A stretch of 64,000 nt of DNA, taken from positions 10,788,001 to 10,852,000 of the forward strand of contig CM120649.1 in NCBI GenBank assembly GCA_051362555.1, given 5' to 3'. This DNA is from Lingula anatina (taxonomy: Eukaryota > Animalia > Brachiopoda). The translations under genes were made by a program, and so were the position numbers. Shown piece after piece: positions 12,250-25,164 of the stretch; position 1 is the stretch's first letter; each line of letters opens with the position of its first letter. The notes under the pieces were generated by a model. That model had not been told where the DNA came from. It saw only the letters and a list, made by a program, of their open reading frames with translations, and made no database searches.

Positions 12250-12640
12250 TAAAAATTGACAGAAAAAAAAAACTACTTTGGTCTCTGTCACCACGATCAT
12301 GCTGATTTTCGAACTTGACCTGCGTATTATGAATATTCATCAGTTCTGTAAGTTTCAAGCCAAAAGGTAAAACTATATTCCACTTATCGTGTTATTGGTG
12401 TTGCACATATGCTGAAAAAAGTGAAAAAAAAAGCATATCTTTTATGGAAATGGCCCGATCATGGCGATTTTCAAACTTGACCTGCACATTATGACTATAC
12501 ATCAGTTCTGCAAGTCTCAAGCCAAAAGGTAAAATGGTTTTCCAATTATCTTGTTATCAGTAAAAGTGCACGGCGATGGCGACAACAGACGCAGGTGATG
12601 GCTATATGTACCGACATATCTGTGTCTGTACATAAAAAAG
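12250..12640 (-). mobile_element. Non-autonomous interspersed repeat (Helentron/HINE-like), same family as 61340-61800
   Basis: Reverse complement of GCTGATGAATATTCATAAAACGCAGGTCAAGTTCGAAAATCAGCATGATCG and TGTACAGACACAGATGTGTCTGTACATATTGCCATCACCTGCGTCTGTCGTCGCC, seen at 61355-61570. Confidence 0.75.
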
Positions 12641-12768
12641 CTGACATTGTGTACAAATTTTATACAACAGTGTGGACATACCAGTATTAGGATATTTCAA
12701 CAACACCTAAAAACAAATTACTTCTTTGCTGGATAAATATGGACCATATCAAAATCAAACTGTCCAAT

Positions 12769-14252
12769 TTATATTACTTTCCTGTGATGTGACTTGATAT
12801 GGGACAAAAGGCTAACATTATGGGTAAATGCCTGGTAGCAGTATTGACATTTATATGGTTTTTCACCAGTGTGAGTTCTTTCATGGCTGACACAATTCCC
12901 TTTCTGAGAAAACACCTTCTCACAGTATTGGCACTGAAAAGGTTTCTCACCTGTGTGAATCATTTCATGTCTATCAACATCTTTTTTGGCAAGAAACATT
13001 TTACTACAAAACTGACACTGAAAGGATCTTTCCCTTAAGTGAAGCTTTTCATGTCTTCTAAGAGAATGGATGTCTACATAGGCTTTTTCACAGTATTGGC
13101 ACTTACATGTTTTTTCACCTACATGTAATTTTTCATGACTGGTCAGGTTGGTCTTACAGATGAAGGACTTCTCACAATACTGACACTGGTAAGGCTTCAC
13201 TGCAGCATGGATCTTCTCATGTGTTTTCAAATTTCTCTTCCTTCTGAAGACCTTCCCACAAGACTGGCATGGAAATATGGCACAGTCCGGATTTTCTTCA
13301 AATTTGTGGATCAGCTCATGGTCCCTACGATGGCACCTGTTGTAGAACCTTTTCCCACAATACTGGCAGGCATAGGGTCTCTCCCCAGTGTGGTATCGCA
13401 CATGGACAATCAGAGCTGAATTACAGCCAAAAGCCATAGGGCAGATTGAACATTTATAAGGCTTGGGACCATGCTGGCTAATTTCATGATTGTAGCAATC
13501 CTTCTTTCGTTGGAATTTCTCCTCACAGAAATGGCACTGGTATGGCTTAACACCTGGAAGCGACCTCTGGTGACGCTGATAGCTCTCCTGTGATTTAAAC
13601 TTTTTATCACAGTGATCACACGGAATAAAGGTCATTTCACCTGCAGCATGTCTTCTTTCATGCTTCAAAAAACAGGTCTTGTCCTTATATCTCTTGCCAC
13701 ACTGATGACACTTATAAACAGTCTTCTTTTTCCCCATTCGTCTGTAATTTGATTTCCAGTTCAATTGGGAAAGTGGAGAGGGTATATTCATAGTGTCTTT
13801 TTTTCTCCCTATCTGCTTTATAAACAAGCTGGGAACAGGAAGAGAGTTTGTCTGCTGAATCATTTTCTTGATGATATTCTGCTGTTCTACATCAATGTGT
13901 TCATGCTGAATATTGTCATAGCTGATGGGAGACTGGGTCACAGGATGGAGACAGTCACCAGAAGTCAGACCAGCTTGACACGATGACTCAGCACTCTCCC
14001 CAGGATCATATACATCCATGTTATCTATCTTCAACTGGGTTCCTGGGCCATCTTGTGACACATACTGGTTCTCCACATTGGCAGTGAATGCACATCCATC
14101 TTCCATTTCTTCCTTTACCAGCCCTTGATCAGTGATATTGTTTTTCAGTTGTTGGCTCTGGTGTGCTGACTGCTCTTCTTGTTGTTCCAGCAGCTTGGTC
14201 CTGCTATGACAAAGAATTCAATAGAGTTTCAGATTAAAAAATATGTAATGCT

Positions 14253-14296
<44 letters not shown>

Positions 14297-15086
14297 TTTA
14301 TTTTATATATAATTTTCAAATTAGACTTACATTCTTGGTATAAAACATTCAACATCAATTATTTTTTGTCATTAGATACATGTACTTGCACTGTACCGGT
14401 AGTATTCACCAAAGCCAAACTAATAAAATATAATACAGTCATATTCATATTGCATATTGCATAACGTTCTGGTCTGGGTTTATTTTTAGCATGTATACCA
14501 ACTGATCAAGCTGATGAGGCTGTGAAATCATATACCAGTACTGGCACAAATACTCTCAATTGGCAATGGATGAACAGACTTCTTAATATGAGAAATACAC
14601 GAAAAATTGTTTTATTTTCAACTTAAAATACGTTTTTTTTTGTCAAAAATTCATATATTAACCGATTCCCAGCTCAACCATTTTATGGTTGTAGACGTTT
14701 GTGGTCGTTTGTGCATGATCGTAGCATGGCAGTACGGCGATGTACATGCACACTTAACCTTATTCTTTAGCTATATATGACCCACGTTTATGTTTTACTC
14801 ATAAGTTTACCAAATGTACTTACTTTTCAATATCTAGCCGATCCAGAAGAAATTTGGCAAAATCTGAATTGCGTGGAATCTCCCAAAGCTCCATGGCCTT
14901 CTTCCACCTGTCTATCTGGCTGCCAATGTAGATAAAAGCTTTTCTGTATCTATTTGCTTTACTAGTGTTGATTTTTCTAATTTCAGCGAAATAATAACTT
15001 TTTCTTGGTAGGTCCATTTTACTCCTGGTCATTTTCCTGTGCCCTACGGCTACAAGACTGCTGTGCTCGACTGCAGCTTTCGACAT
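12769..15086 (-). CDS. C2H2 zinc-finger protein (~564 aa, 11 fingers, one degenerate) with a ZNF692-like N-terminal module
   Basis: Coding exon 15086-14824 (MSKAAVE..FIYIGSQIDRW..DFAKFLLDRLDIE, donor AA|GTAAGT, phase 2) splices in frame to exon 14203/14200-12769 (NAGNAG acceptor), which encodes a linker plus tandem CxxC..H..H fingers with TGEKP-type linkers. Confidence 0.88.
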
Positions 15087-15382
15087 CTTTCAGTTTTATC
15101 TGCACAACTGTAGAGGGAATGTTAAATCAAGACAAACCAAACTACAAGTTTACTATTTACTGACAACTGAAAGGTTTTGGGTGCATTATTGAGGGAATAA
15201 TTAATTAGTTAACTAATTTTTTAATGATTTGTATCTTTAAGACTTGGTTCTGTATGAACACTATTAAATTAATTAAAATTTTGTAATTCGAAATGAACAC
15301 CATTTTCCTTTTTCGTGTTTTTAATTTATATGCGCTCTTGAAATGTAGCCTACCACTAACACGATATGTACATGTAGGTCAC

Positions 15383-15969
15383 CAGTGGTGGATTTAGAGG
15401 GGGTGGGAGGGGTCAGGGACGTCCTGAGGGGTCAGGGAGGTCCTGAGGTCCTGAGGGGTCAGGGAGGTCCTGACCCCCCCCCCCCCCCCTTCGGTTTCTG
15501 AAAATTAAATCACACCAAAATTCCCCTCTTGAAATTAGAATTTTGACTAGATAAAATTAATCATATAGGGGAGACCGGGGCTAGTTGGCCCAGTTAGCCA
15601 CTTTTGGCCTTGTAGAGCCAACTAGGAGTGGGTTAGAGTAACAAAACCGGTTTCAAAGTAAGCCCCATGAACTAAGCTACGTATGCAACGTCATAATTTT
15701 TCAAATATAATGCCAGGTGGCTCACAATTTGACAAAAAACGCAGTTGACGTCAGGGGGGCCAACTTAACCCGGGGTCCAACTAGCCCCGGTCTCCCCTAT
15801 AGTTCTAAACCGTACCGAGCAGCACTGTTTGCTCTCCAAAACACCATTTTTGTCACCATTTTTTTGAGCGGCCCCAAACCCCACATCAAAGGTGCAATGG
15901 TCCGCTTCGCATCCGAGGTCTGTCGTTCCGGACCCCCCCCCCCTTCTTATAATCCTGGATCCGCCCCTG
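15383..15969. mobile_element. MITE with CAGTGGCGGATTTAG...GGATCCGCCCCTG termini (copy 1)
   Basis: Imperfect terminal inverted repeats; internal sequence shared with 18750-19064 and 36083-36275. Confidence 0.75.
15568..15797. mobile_element. TA-flanked MITE (Tc1/mariner/pogo-type) nested in the previous element
   Basis: Perfect 21-bp TIR GGGGAGACCGGGGCTAGTTGG / CCAACTAGCCCCGGTCTCCCC with TA on both sides; absent from the other copies of the host MITE. Confidence 0.85.
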
Positions 15970-16689
15970 TCCTTGCCCCTGCACCTAACCCCAGCAGCTG
16001 AAGTCGCAAAAACAACGGCACTGTGAAGGCTTTTTGAACTATTTTGTCCACGCTTTACTGCAGTAAAATAAACTAACAAAATAGTAACAATAGCGAAGTA
16101 GCGGCTTGTTTATACTTTTGTTTACGGTTATATTTTTGTTTCCCATCCACTTATTATCACAGATCCTTGCTAACATTTAGCCCCGCAAAAATTAAATCAC
16201 CTACCTCAACCACAACACGAATGTCACCTTTAATGAAGATGACTTAGTATCGTTTTATTCATTTATTATTTTTTTTTATTCATTTATTATTTTGCAGAAA
16301 GTAGACTTTGACAGTAAAAGAATCTGTCAATATTCCACACATAATGCAAATACATTTATTCTTCCTTCTCCAGCGCACATACTGGGGCACATAGTAGTAC
16401 TAATTTTGAAATGACCCATATGCTACGTCCAGAATAAAGTCAAATATCATAAATCCTTACTTGAATCTGTTTTTAAATTGGTTTCTTTTGCTAAATTCTT
16501 CTTTTACAAAATAGTTTGTAATCTAGAGTGTCATATTAGACACGCTGAAGTATTCGGAAAGAGAACTAGTTTTGAAAACATGTTTGATATATTCTCTAGA
16601 AATATTTTGCAAGTTTATTACTATCTTCAGATTTTAGCGCTCTCTTTCGGCGTACTCACTGTTTCATAGCGAGAGAAATCACACTGCGC

Positions 16690-17100
16690 GATGATTGACG
16701 TTCGTTTATATAACCTGCCAATCAAGCTGTTATTACTTGACAGCAGCTATCAAAACAAACTGAATTTGACTGGCACCTTGTCAATCAAAGGACGTAGGAA
16801 GCTTGAACTAAACGCGTTAGACGACTATAGATCCACTGTGTAATGATTGTGATTGACGTTTGTTTATATAACCTGCCAATCAAGCTGTTATTACTTGACA
16901 GCAACTATCAAAACTAATGAATTTGATTGGCATCTTGTCAATCAAATGATATAGGAGTTTTACATTGCATGTTCGGAGAGAAAAGTGAAGTGATTGTGTT
17001 TGACGTTTGTTTAAAAAACTGTCATTCATAGTCGTGTGCACTTGACAGCTTCCATCAAAGTTGAATTAGCCTGTTTGAATTTGATTCATACCTGTCTATA
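16690..17100. repeat. Tandem repeat, ~155-bp unit, about 2.7 copies
   Basis: GATTGACGTTxGTTTATATAACCTGCCAATCAAGCTGTTATTACTTGACAGC at ~16692 and ~16850, with a diverged third copy at ~16998. Confidence 0.8.
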
Positions 17101-17133
17101 ACAATACATGTCGTAACATTCTGGAGGTAGGGG

Positions 17134-17168
<35 letters not shown>

Positions 17169-18749
17169 AGCGTGAATAAACGTCGGGTTCTTTATTTGAA
17201 CCGAGAGACTGAAATTTAACAACGTGAAAGAGTGCCGTGTTCTTTCACATGCGTTTTTAATTGTAGTAAAAATCAGTTGTCATTCTTATTCTGGATATGA
17301 TGTAAAATGACTGTACATGAATTAACGTTGTAGTCGATGTTTGTTGCTCCATAATTCTTTCTTTGGTGCTCGTACGAACTGAACATATTACTTTAATCAC
17401 ACTCATGTTCTTTTACACCCAAGGAATATTTTTGGATCATTTTTAAAAAACGAATAGTATAAAAAGTAAAACCTTGTCATTTTTTTCATGAGCTTCGGAG
17501 AGAAAAAATGCCGAGATAATGATGTTAGTGGTCAGGTAAAATTAAAATCTACCGGATTTATTCGTTCCTTATAAAGGGCCAGGACATGAAAACTGTTGTT
17601 TTTAAATAAACTTCACAATTAAAACTGCCAAATTAAAACTGAAAACAATTTTATGCAATGCGTTAGCAATCTTTCGAGCTTTAATCTGCAATAAATTGTT
17701 AGTATTTCATAAGCATAAAAAACTCCATATTTCAATAACGTGAGAAAATTGATAAACTAATAGTGGAATAAGTCGGGCTGGTTTAATCAAAAACTTGAAA
17801 TTCTTGGTTTAATTTATTGAAGTTGTTCGTTCAATATCTTATACTGTATTTCCTCATATTGGCAAAAAATTAATTTTTCATTATATGTAAAATGGATGCT
17901 ACGTCGTATAAGAATTAATATTTGATCGAATATTTACTTGAAAACATACTTTTTATCTATTTATTTTATTCTATTTTTAAGTAAAAATAAAATTAATTCA
18001 GTATTAACAACATCGTCTTTGCTTTGCCTCATCTAGCACATTATATGATATTTTTTGTCCGAAGACGCATATTAATGCTTTTTGCAGTTAATATTCTACG
18101 TGCAGTATATTAACGTTTCATACCGCAAGGGGCATTATTTTAATCTCTACAACGTAAGAATGAATCAGAATTTACTCGATGGGGAATCGGAAATTGATAC
18201 AAGGTTGATATAAAAAGTCGTTCTATTTCTATTTCTTTTAATGGTAGACAGTAACGCGCCTTCTCTTGAACGGGACAATTTTTGTAGAGAGCAATACTCC
18301 ATACGCCGTCTACTATAGAGACTAGTCCCGCCTAGGTTTGTTAATTTTATCCAAACAAGGCAGTCTTTCTTCCATTTTGAAGACCTATATTTGGTTTACA
18401 TGACAAAATCACAACATCAATGGTTTAATTCAAAATATATTGGGGGAAGGCCCCCTCCTCACACACCTTCGGCTGCCCAAAGCATTCGGAGCGCGGGCTA
18501 TAAAAAGAATGGTGTTTTAACTTTTAAAAGCCATCTGCCCACCACTTTTTTCACGTCAACACAGGAAGGGACGGGCTGGTTCATCTATTTCTTCCTCTTC
18601 TTCTTTGTGGCAGCGCAAACTGTTCGAAAGTTAATACTTTTTGAGACCTTTCCTGCCGTGCGTAAGCACAACCAGTACAACGCATGAATTTTGTGCTACC
18701 GTCACGATGAGACCGAGACCCCAGCACAGGCAAAACCCTGCAGCCTAAG

Positions 18750-19064
18750 CAGTGGCGGATTTAGGAGTGTTGTCAGGGGGGTCCTGCTCCCACTTCGGTT
18801 TCTGAAAAATAAATCACACCAATACTCCTCTTCTGATATTAGAATTTTGACTAGCCCCCTCCTCACACACCTACGGCATAGTTCTAGACCATAGCAAATA
18901 ACACCGTTCGCCCTCTAAAATACCAAAATTTTTCAGTGCCCTTCAGTGGGCCCCGAACCCCACGTCAAGGGGGTGGAGGAGGGGGCGAGGGTCGGCTTCG
19001 CATCCGAGACCTGTCATACCTAAAAAACCGGACCCCCCTTCAAATAATCGTGGATCCGCCCCTG
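18750..19064. mobile_element. MITE, CAGTGGCGGATTTAG family (copy 2)
   Basis: Same termini and internal blocks (CTTCGGTTTCTGAAAA, TTAGAATTTTGACTAG, GCTTCGCATCCGAG) as 15383-15969. Confidence 0.75.
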
Positions 19065-19147
19065 GGTCACCCAGCGTGATCTGAAATTTCTAAATGGATA
19101 ATTGTTTTATACATGAGCTTGTTACGTTCTAGTCATCTACGGGTGCT

Positions 19148-19356
19148 TTCCCAGAGATTTAGATCGATCTAGAGATTAAGATTTAGATCGACCTAACTCC
19201 CTGGGGGTTCACTCTAAATTGCAGTCAGCCGAGCGGGCACCATAGTTAATTACCCCCTTACACCTTTTAGTAGGCGGGACAGACGCTTAAGCCGGCCAAG
19301 CCGACATTAATCTGAGACTCCCCACAGGGATAGATCGATCTAAAAATCTATGGAAA
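19148..19356. mobile_element. Palindromic MITE with GATCGATC subterminal motifs
   Basis: TTCCCAGAGATTTAGATCGATC...GATCGATCTAAAAATCTATGGAAA; near-identical copy at 57797-58000. Confidence 0.75.
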
Positions 19357-21715
19357 TGGGGTGTAAGCATCATATCAACAACGAAATCAGATTTATTTTG
19401 CATAAAAAGAAGGAAAAATACTGCGGTCAACAAACCAATCTAACAAATCTTCATAATTAAATGGCCCCCAACCCACCCCAACAAACTCGCATATAATATT
19501 CATATACTGGGAGTACGCACGTTTCTTCCTTTTTAAAGAATAACTCCCATTTAAAATGATGACATTGAAAGGTGGTGTCATCTACTGTTTTTTTCTGCTC
19601 ATTTTGATCTCTTCACAAGAGAAGCAGGTACATGTATTCCTTTATATCATCATACATGTATTTATACCCGGTACATGTATTACTTTTATAATAACAACCG
19701 AGTGTTGATTTAAATGATGATGTAAGAAGTACGTTAGCTGCTGCACACGTCAAGTTCAATATTCGACTCGCCGATCGAGAAGAATCGAACTACAAGAGTG
19801 GTGGGTTTCCAGCCAGCTTTATTCCATGTACTGCTAAGTTCCCCAGTCATCGCCAAGACCAGTCTTTATCCACCGCCAGTCCTGGCTATATATGGCCAAA
19901 GCTTAACATTACCGTGTAAAAGAGGATATCACATACTTTCCATATTATTATTATTATTATTATTATTATTGGCAGCCGATACTCCCAGTAAACGCCTTAA
20001 CCTCGGTATTTGCGTACCCGTTGTTACAGAAACTTACAATGCAGGGAAATGTCATTTCGTACAACACCCTTTGCAAATGAAACCTAGGAATGCGAGGAAA
20101 TATGTAAGATTGTGCCCTTTTTTAATTGTCAATCATACATGTATTCATACAGCAAAGAAACTGTACCCTAGGTTCTAGATTCCGGTATTGCCAGCTCGAT
20201 CTTGATTTCATATATAACCCATATCAACAATACCGGCTCTAGTGACCAGCGGCCATGTTACACTTCCATCAATCAAATAGAACTGCTCCGCAGTGAATCT
20301 GCAGTTTACTAGTAAAAGCGACTCCATCACAAGGTATATATTTACAAGCTAGCTTTTACGTTTCTCTGACACCCAGGGTAAGAAACTGTTGCCTCTATTG
20401 ATTGATATGTGTCAATCAAAGTTATCAAATGTGACGGCTCGATTGACGGTTAAGTAATCAAACAATCAACGCACAAAAAATCAACTACAGAGTTTATATG
20501 AGAGCGCTATCTGTCTTACTGACACAGAATACATGTCTTAATCATGGACAAAAATTATAAAAGGAATGCCCTGTCGAAAAAAAAATTGAAAAATTGAAAA
20601 TTTATGATAGAACAGCTACGATAGAAAGTATCTCCAAGTTTAACCGAGAGCACTAAGTTTGCCAAAGAAGTGCAAAATTATTTATAAGCGCCTTGCCTCA
20701 ATAAGCTAACCGAACGTGACATGATTGCGACGCTTTCACAAAAATTCATAGAAATGTGCTAGTTGAGACAGAGCAATTGGAAGATGATTTAGTTAATGCT
20801 GGATTACAAGCTACAGCTACATGTAAGTTAATGAATATATCTTTATTTTAAAAAATAAATCTACACACTTTCTGCTGGACAGTGCACGTGGATGACCTGG
20901 AACTGTAGCAAACATTAAATGGGTCTAAAGTGAATTTGGTAGTGAATCACCATGTCACTTGACTGCTATGTAATGACAGGCAGGTCACCTTGAATTGGAC
21001 ATTGCATAACATCTGTTAAATAGCTGACAAACATATCCAATCATACTGGAGGTCAGCTAACACCAAAACAAAACGTAATCATTTTAATCGATGGAATAAA
21101 ACTGTAAACGGTTACGATATTTGTCCCATAGATGCAATATTGTTGTATTATAATTCACAATAAAATATTGTATCCAACAGCGATGCTTGAGTTGGCGAAA
21201 AGTTCAAATCGTTTAGCGGGTAAATCTTTTCCCGTACCGTAATGCAATTCGAATTCCGTTTTGTGGCCCATGTAACGACATGTAGAGTAAATATTTCAGC
21301 CAGTTCAAGGCTCTGCTCAAATTTAATGTATTGATAACCTCTGAACACCATTTAAAACCAAAAATATTCATCAAAGAATCAAAACAGTCGTTCCCCGATA
21401 AGAATAAATTATTCATGATGATGACGTGCTTGAAACGATTTAAATAGTGCGGATCAATATCTATACTGTTACCTTTGCAAAAAACGAAGTACTAACTAGT
21501 GATAGCAACTGCTTCGGCTAATCTCGGAAAGATGCGTCCTTTTGCACGATGCATGATTAAAATGTCGACTTATACTTTTGCGATGAGCCCCCCGCCCCAC
21601 CCCCACCCCAGCCAACATAGGATACCATTTCAAACCACCGCCTTCAACTATACTTGTGTGACAGTGACAGAAAGTACACGTAGGTTAAAAGTTCACCGAA
21701 GGTGACTGGAAATAA

Positions 21716-23460
21716 AAAACCTAGACGAGTTTTACAATTATTTCAAGGAAGTAAACAGTAGTGTAGATGGAAATAACCCACCGAATTATAACCATAACCA
21801 GATAAATAATGAAAGGCTTAATGAACCAATTACTGAAACTGAAATCCAAAACACAATAAAAAAATTAAAGAAAAATAAAAGCGGGTGCTGACAAGATATT
21901 GAATGAGTATATTATCTCTTCTGCCAGCACTATGATGCCAATCTATAAAAAATTATTTAATTTGGTATTAGATACTGCTATTTTACCAGAAGCATGGTTA
22001 ATAGGCACTATAATCCCAATCTATAAGCAAAAGGGAAACATAAATGACCCAAAGAACTATAGGCCAATTACTTTACTCAGTTGTCTGGGTAAAGTATTCA
22101 CTTCTATATTATGTAAAAGACTAACTGATTACTCTGACAACTTTATGCTGTTACAGGAAAACCAAGCTGGCTTCCGAGCCAACTATTCTACCATTGATCA
22201 CATATTTACATTAAATACACTTATAGACCTTTCAGTTGCATCAAAAAAGAAATTATATTGTGCTTTCATAGATCTAAAAGCAGCTTTTGATAAAATATGG
22301 AGGGCAGGGTTATGGGGGAAGCTAATGAACCACAATGAAAATGGAAAATGTCTGAACGTTATTGTAAACATGTATAATGGCTGTAAATCTAAAATATCTT
22401 TAAATGGTATATTATCGGAATATTTCCCATGCAAAACAGGAGTACGACAGGGCGAAAACCTTTCACCCTTCTTATTCTCAGTATTTCTAAATGATCTTGA
22501 AGAATTTCTAATGCAAAAAGATGTCACAGGCTTATCACATGTAACAGATGAACTAGAACATGAACTACACATATTAATGCAAATAATGATCATACTTTAT
22601 GCAGATGATACGGTTCTCCTAGCAGATTCAAAAGAAAACCTACAATATCAACTTAATTGCTACTCCACCTACTGTCAGATATGGAAGTTAGAAGTAAATG
22701 TAGAAAAGACAAAAATCATGATAGTTTCTAAGGGCCGCACCCAAAAGAATATAAAATTTACTTTTAATAACCAAAATGTAGAAATAGTTAAGTGTTTCAA
22801 GTACTTAGGAGTTTATTTCTCTAAAACTGGATCATTTTCAGAAACAAAAAGGTATTCAGCAAAGAAAGCAACTAAAGCTATGTATGGGATATTTAAGAAA
22901 GCAAGGCATCTAAATCTAAGCATTGTTGATCAGCTATATCTCTTTGATAAGATTATTGTTCCGATTTTATTATATGGATGTGAAGTATGGGGATTTGGTA
23001 ATTTAGAAATCATAGAACAGGTGCACTTGAAATTTTGTAGATATCTATTAAATCTAAAAACCAGCACTCCCAAGATAATGATATATGGGGAATTAGGTAG
23101 AATGCCATTAAGTATTATTATAAAAGGAAGAATTGTATCATTCTGGACAAACTTGCTCACAGGTAAACAAAGTTGAAACGGGCAGATGGAAAAAAAATAC
23201 CTAGAAATTTGAGATTATGCAACTTGTGTAAAAATGAAATAGGGGATGAATTTCATTATGTCTTTAGATGTACCTTTTTTGCAGAAAGTCGAAACTTATA
23301 TATTCCAAAAAAAAGCATATATTAGACCGAATGTAATTAAAATGTATGAGATATTTTCAACGAAAAATAAGAAAAAACTGAATAATTTGTACAAATTCAT
23401 TAGTATTGTGAATAAGGGGGTCAAGCCTTCAGGTTGATGTATATATATATATATATATAT
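21716..23460 (+). mobile_element. 5'-truncated non-LTR retrotransposon (LINE; CR1/RTE-X-like) reverse transcriptase
   Basis: ORF 21899-23176 with NYRPITLL, QAGFR, AFIDLKAAFD, GVRQGENLSP, LYADD and KYLG motifs. Upstream NEPITETEI..KLKKNKS is frameshifted. Downstream VETGRW..RLCNLCKNEIGDEFH follows an internal deletion; (TA)n tail at 23439-23460. Confidence 0.93.
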
Positions 23461-25164
23461 GCTCTCTAAACTGTAAATGTACAGTTACTATAAGTTACTA
23501 TAAGTAACTGGCTCGCGCTGCCAGTAATTACGCGGCGGGATATTCAGGGCACAGACCGTGATCATAAGATAGCGCGAATAGAAAATAGAATTTAGAAAAT
23601 AGACATTGCATGTGAATGAAGCCTTAGATAAGAATAACTAACTTCCTTTCACTATATTTTATTGCATCATATTTGTTAAACCTTTGTATTTTTTCTTTTC
23701 CTCATTAATCTTTTAACATTAAAAAAAAACTACCAGACGACCTTTAATTGTCATCTAATGTGGAAGTTATGGATCTATTGATCGTCTGCTGCACATCGCT
23801 CACTCGCGTTCTCCCGACGCACTGAATTGTGTTGTTGGATGCAGCTTGAAACTAATATTTCTGTCTTTTGTATGACTGCTTCTATAGAAATAAACAGTTA
23901 TGCGGAATCGGATATGAGGGATATTGCGGCGTCGTTTATCATTTTAATCGCTATCAAGGTGAAGGCCACCAAATGATATAATACAGTCCGAGTAGGGAAG
24001 GCTTTTTATTTTTCAATTGATTTTTTCGGTCGATACACGTTACAGTATTCATTCATATTACGTTAAAAACCGGCCTAATCTGTGTATTGTTTTCTGCCCT
24101 CAAGCTGGATAGTGTGTCCTAAAAACCGAACAGTTGACGCGGTCTGCAACATTTTATGGAGAGGCAGATGGAATGTAAAAGTCAGATGAAATGTAAAAGA
24201 GTCTGCAAAGTTGTACAAGGTGAAATTGGAGATGATTATAGTTTTACGTCTAGCTAAAAGTGTGTATTATACGCTTTTGATATACCCAGGCACGCAAACA
24301 TTTTTCTGGAACCTTTACCTCCCCTCCCACTTCAGTCTCCCAAATCGTTCCACACTAAAATAATTTCAATTAAAATCAATACTCGTATGGCAAATTAATA
24401 CAGACAACCTATCTACTTTTTTACTGTTATTTTGGTTAGCTCAGGAGCAGTCTAAAGCTTTTTTATGGCTGCTCGAGTGATTTATTCAGTTTATCCCTTG
24501 GCATGTCGAATTTATTTGAGTAGTTTATATGTGTTACGCTGTACTAGGAATCCACGCTCCACAGACACTCTTCATACGTACCTTTACGACAAGCCAAAAA
24601 AATGAAGTTAAGATATTAAATTAAAATGTGCATTTAAAATCACATTTATAAAGGGTTTTGAACAACAAAAGACTTTCAACTTTAAAGTTGTCACGAACTG
24701 AGTGACAGTGGGCCTATGTTCCATTTTACTGGAGCCAAAATCATAAAGTTTTGACGACATAGTTTTTTTCCCCTGCCAGTTGTTTGCATTTAAATACTGA
24801 TTGATCAGAGAAACGTAACTCATGGCTGAACGTATTGTGGCAAAGAAACGGTATCCACATTCATAAATTTAAATATAAGAAAACAGTAGGAACATTCCAC
24901 GGAAAAGCTGTGAAACACTTACTCTTAATTGAGATAGAAAGTTAACTATTTTTATGGGCCACACTGTACACTTAACACGTAATAAGCTTGGAGGCTAAAT
25001 GTCTCTTTTAACCGACCGTCGTTTTAAGGTGTAATTTTTCCGTGGGATTTACCTCGGCACTCTAAACCTAATTGTCTATCAGTAGCCAGAGTGCTTCAAT
25101 CCTGTGTCTTCTTCTAAGACGAATATTAAGCCGGTCCTTTTGTAAAACAGGCACCAAAACCACG

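Noticed and set aside
12799-13986. Plus-strand ORFs overlapping the zinc-finger exon
   Set aside because: Antisense shadows of the C2H2 exon with no recognisable motifs.
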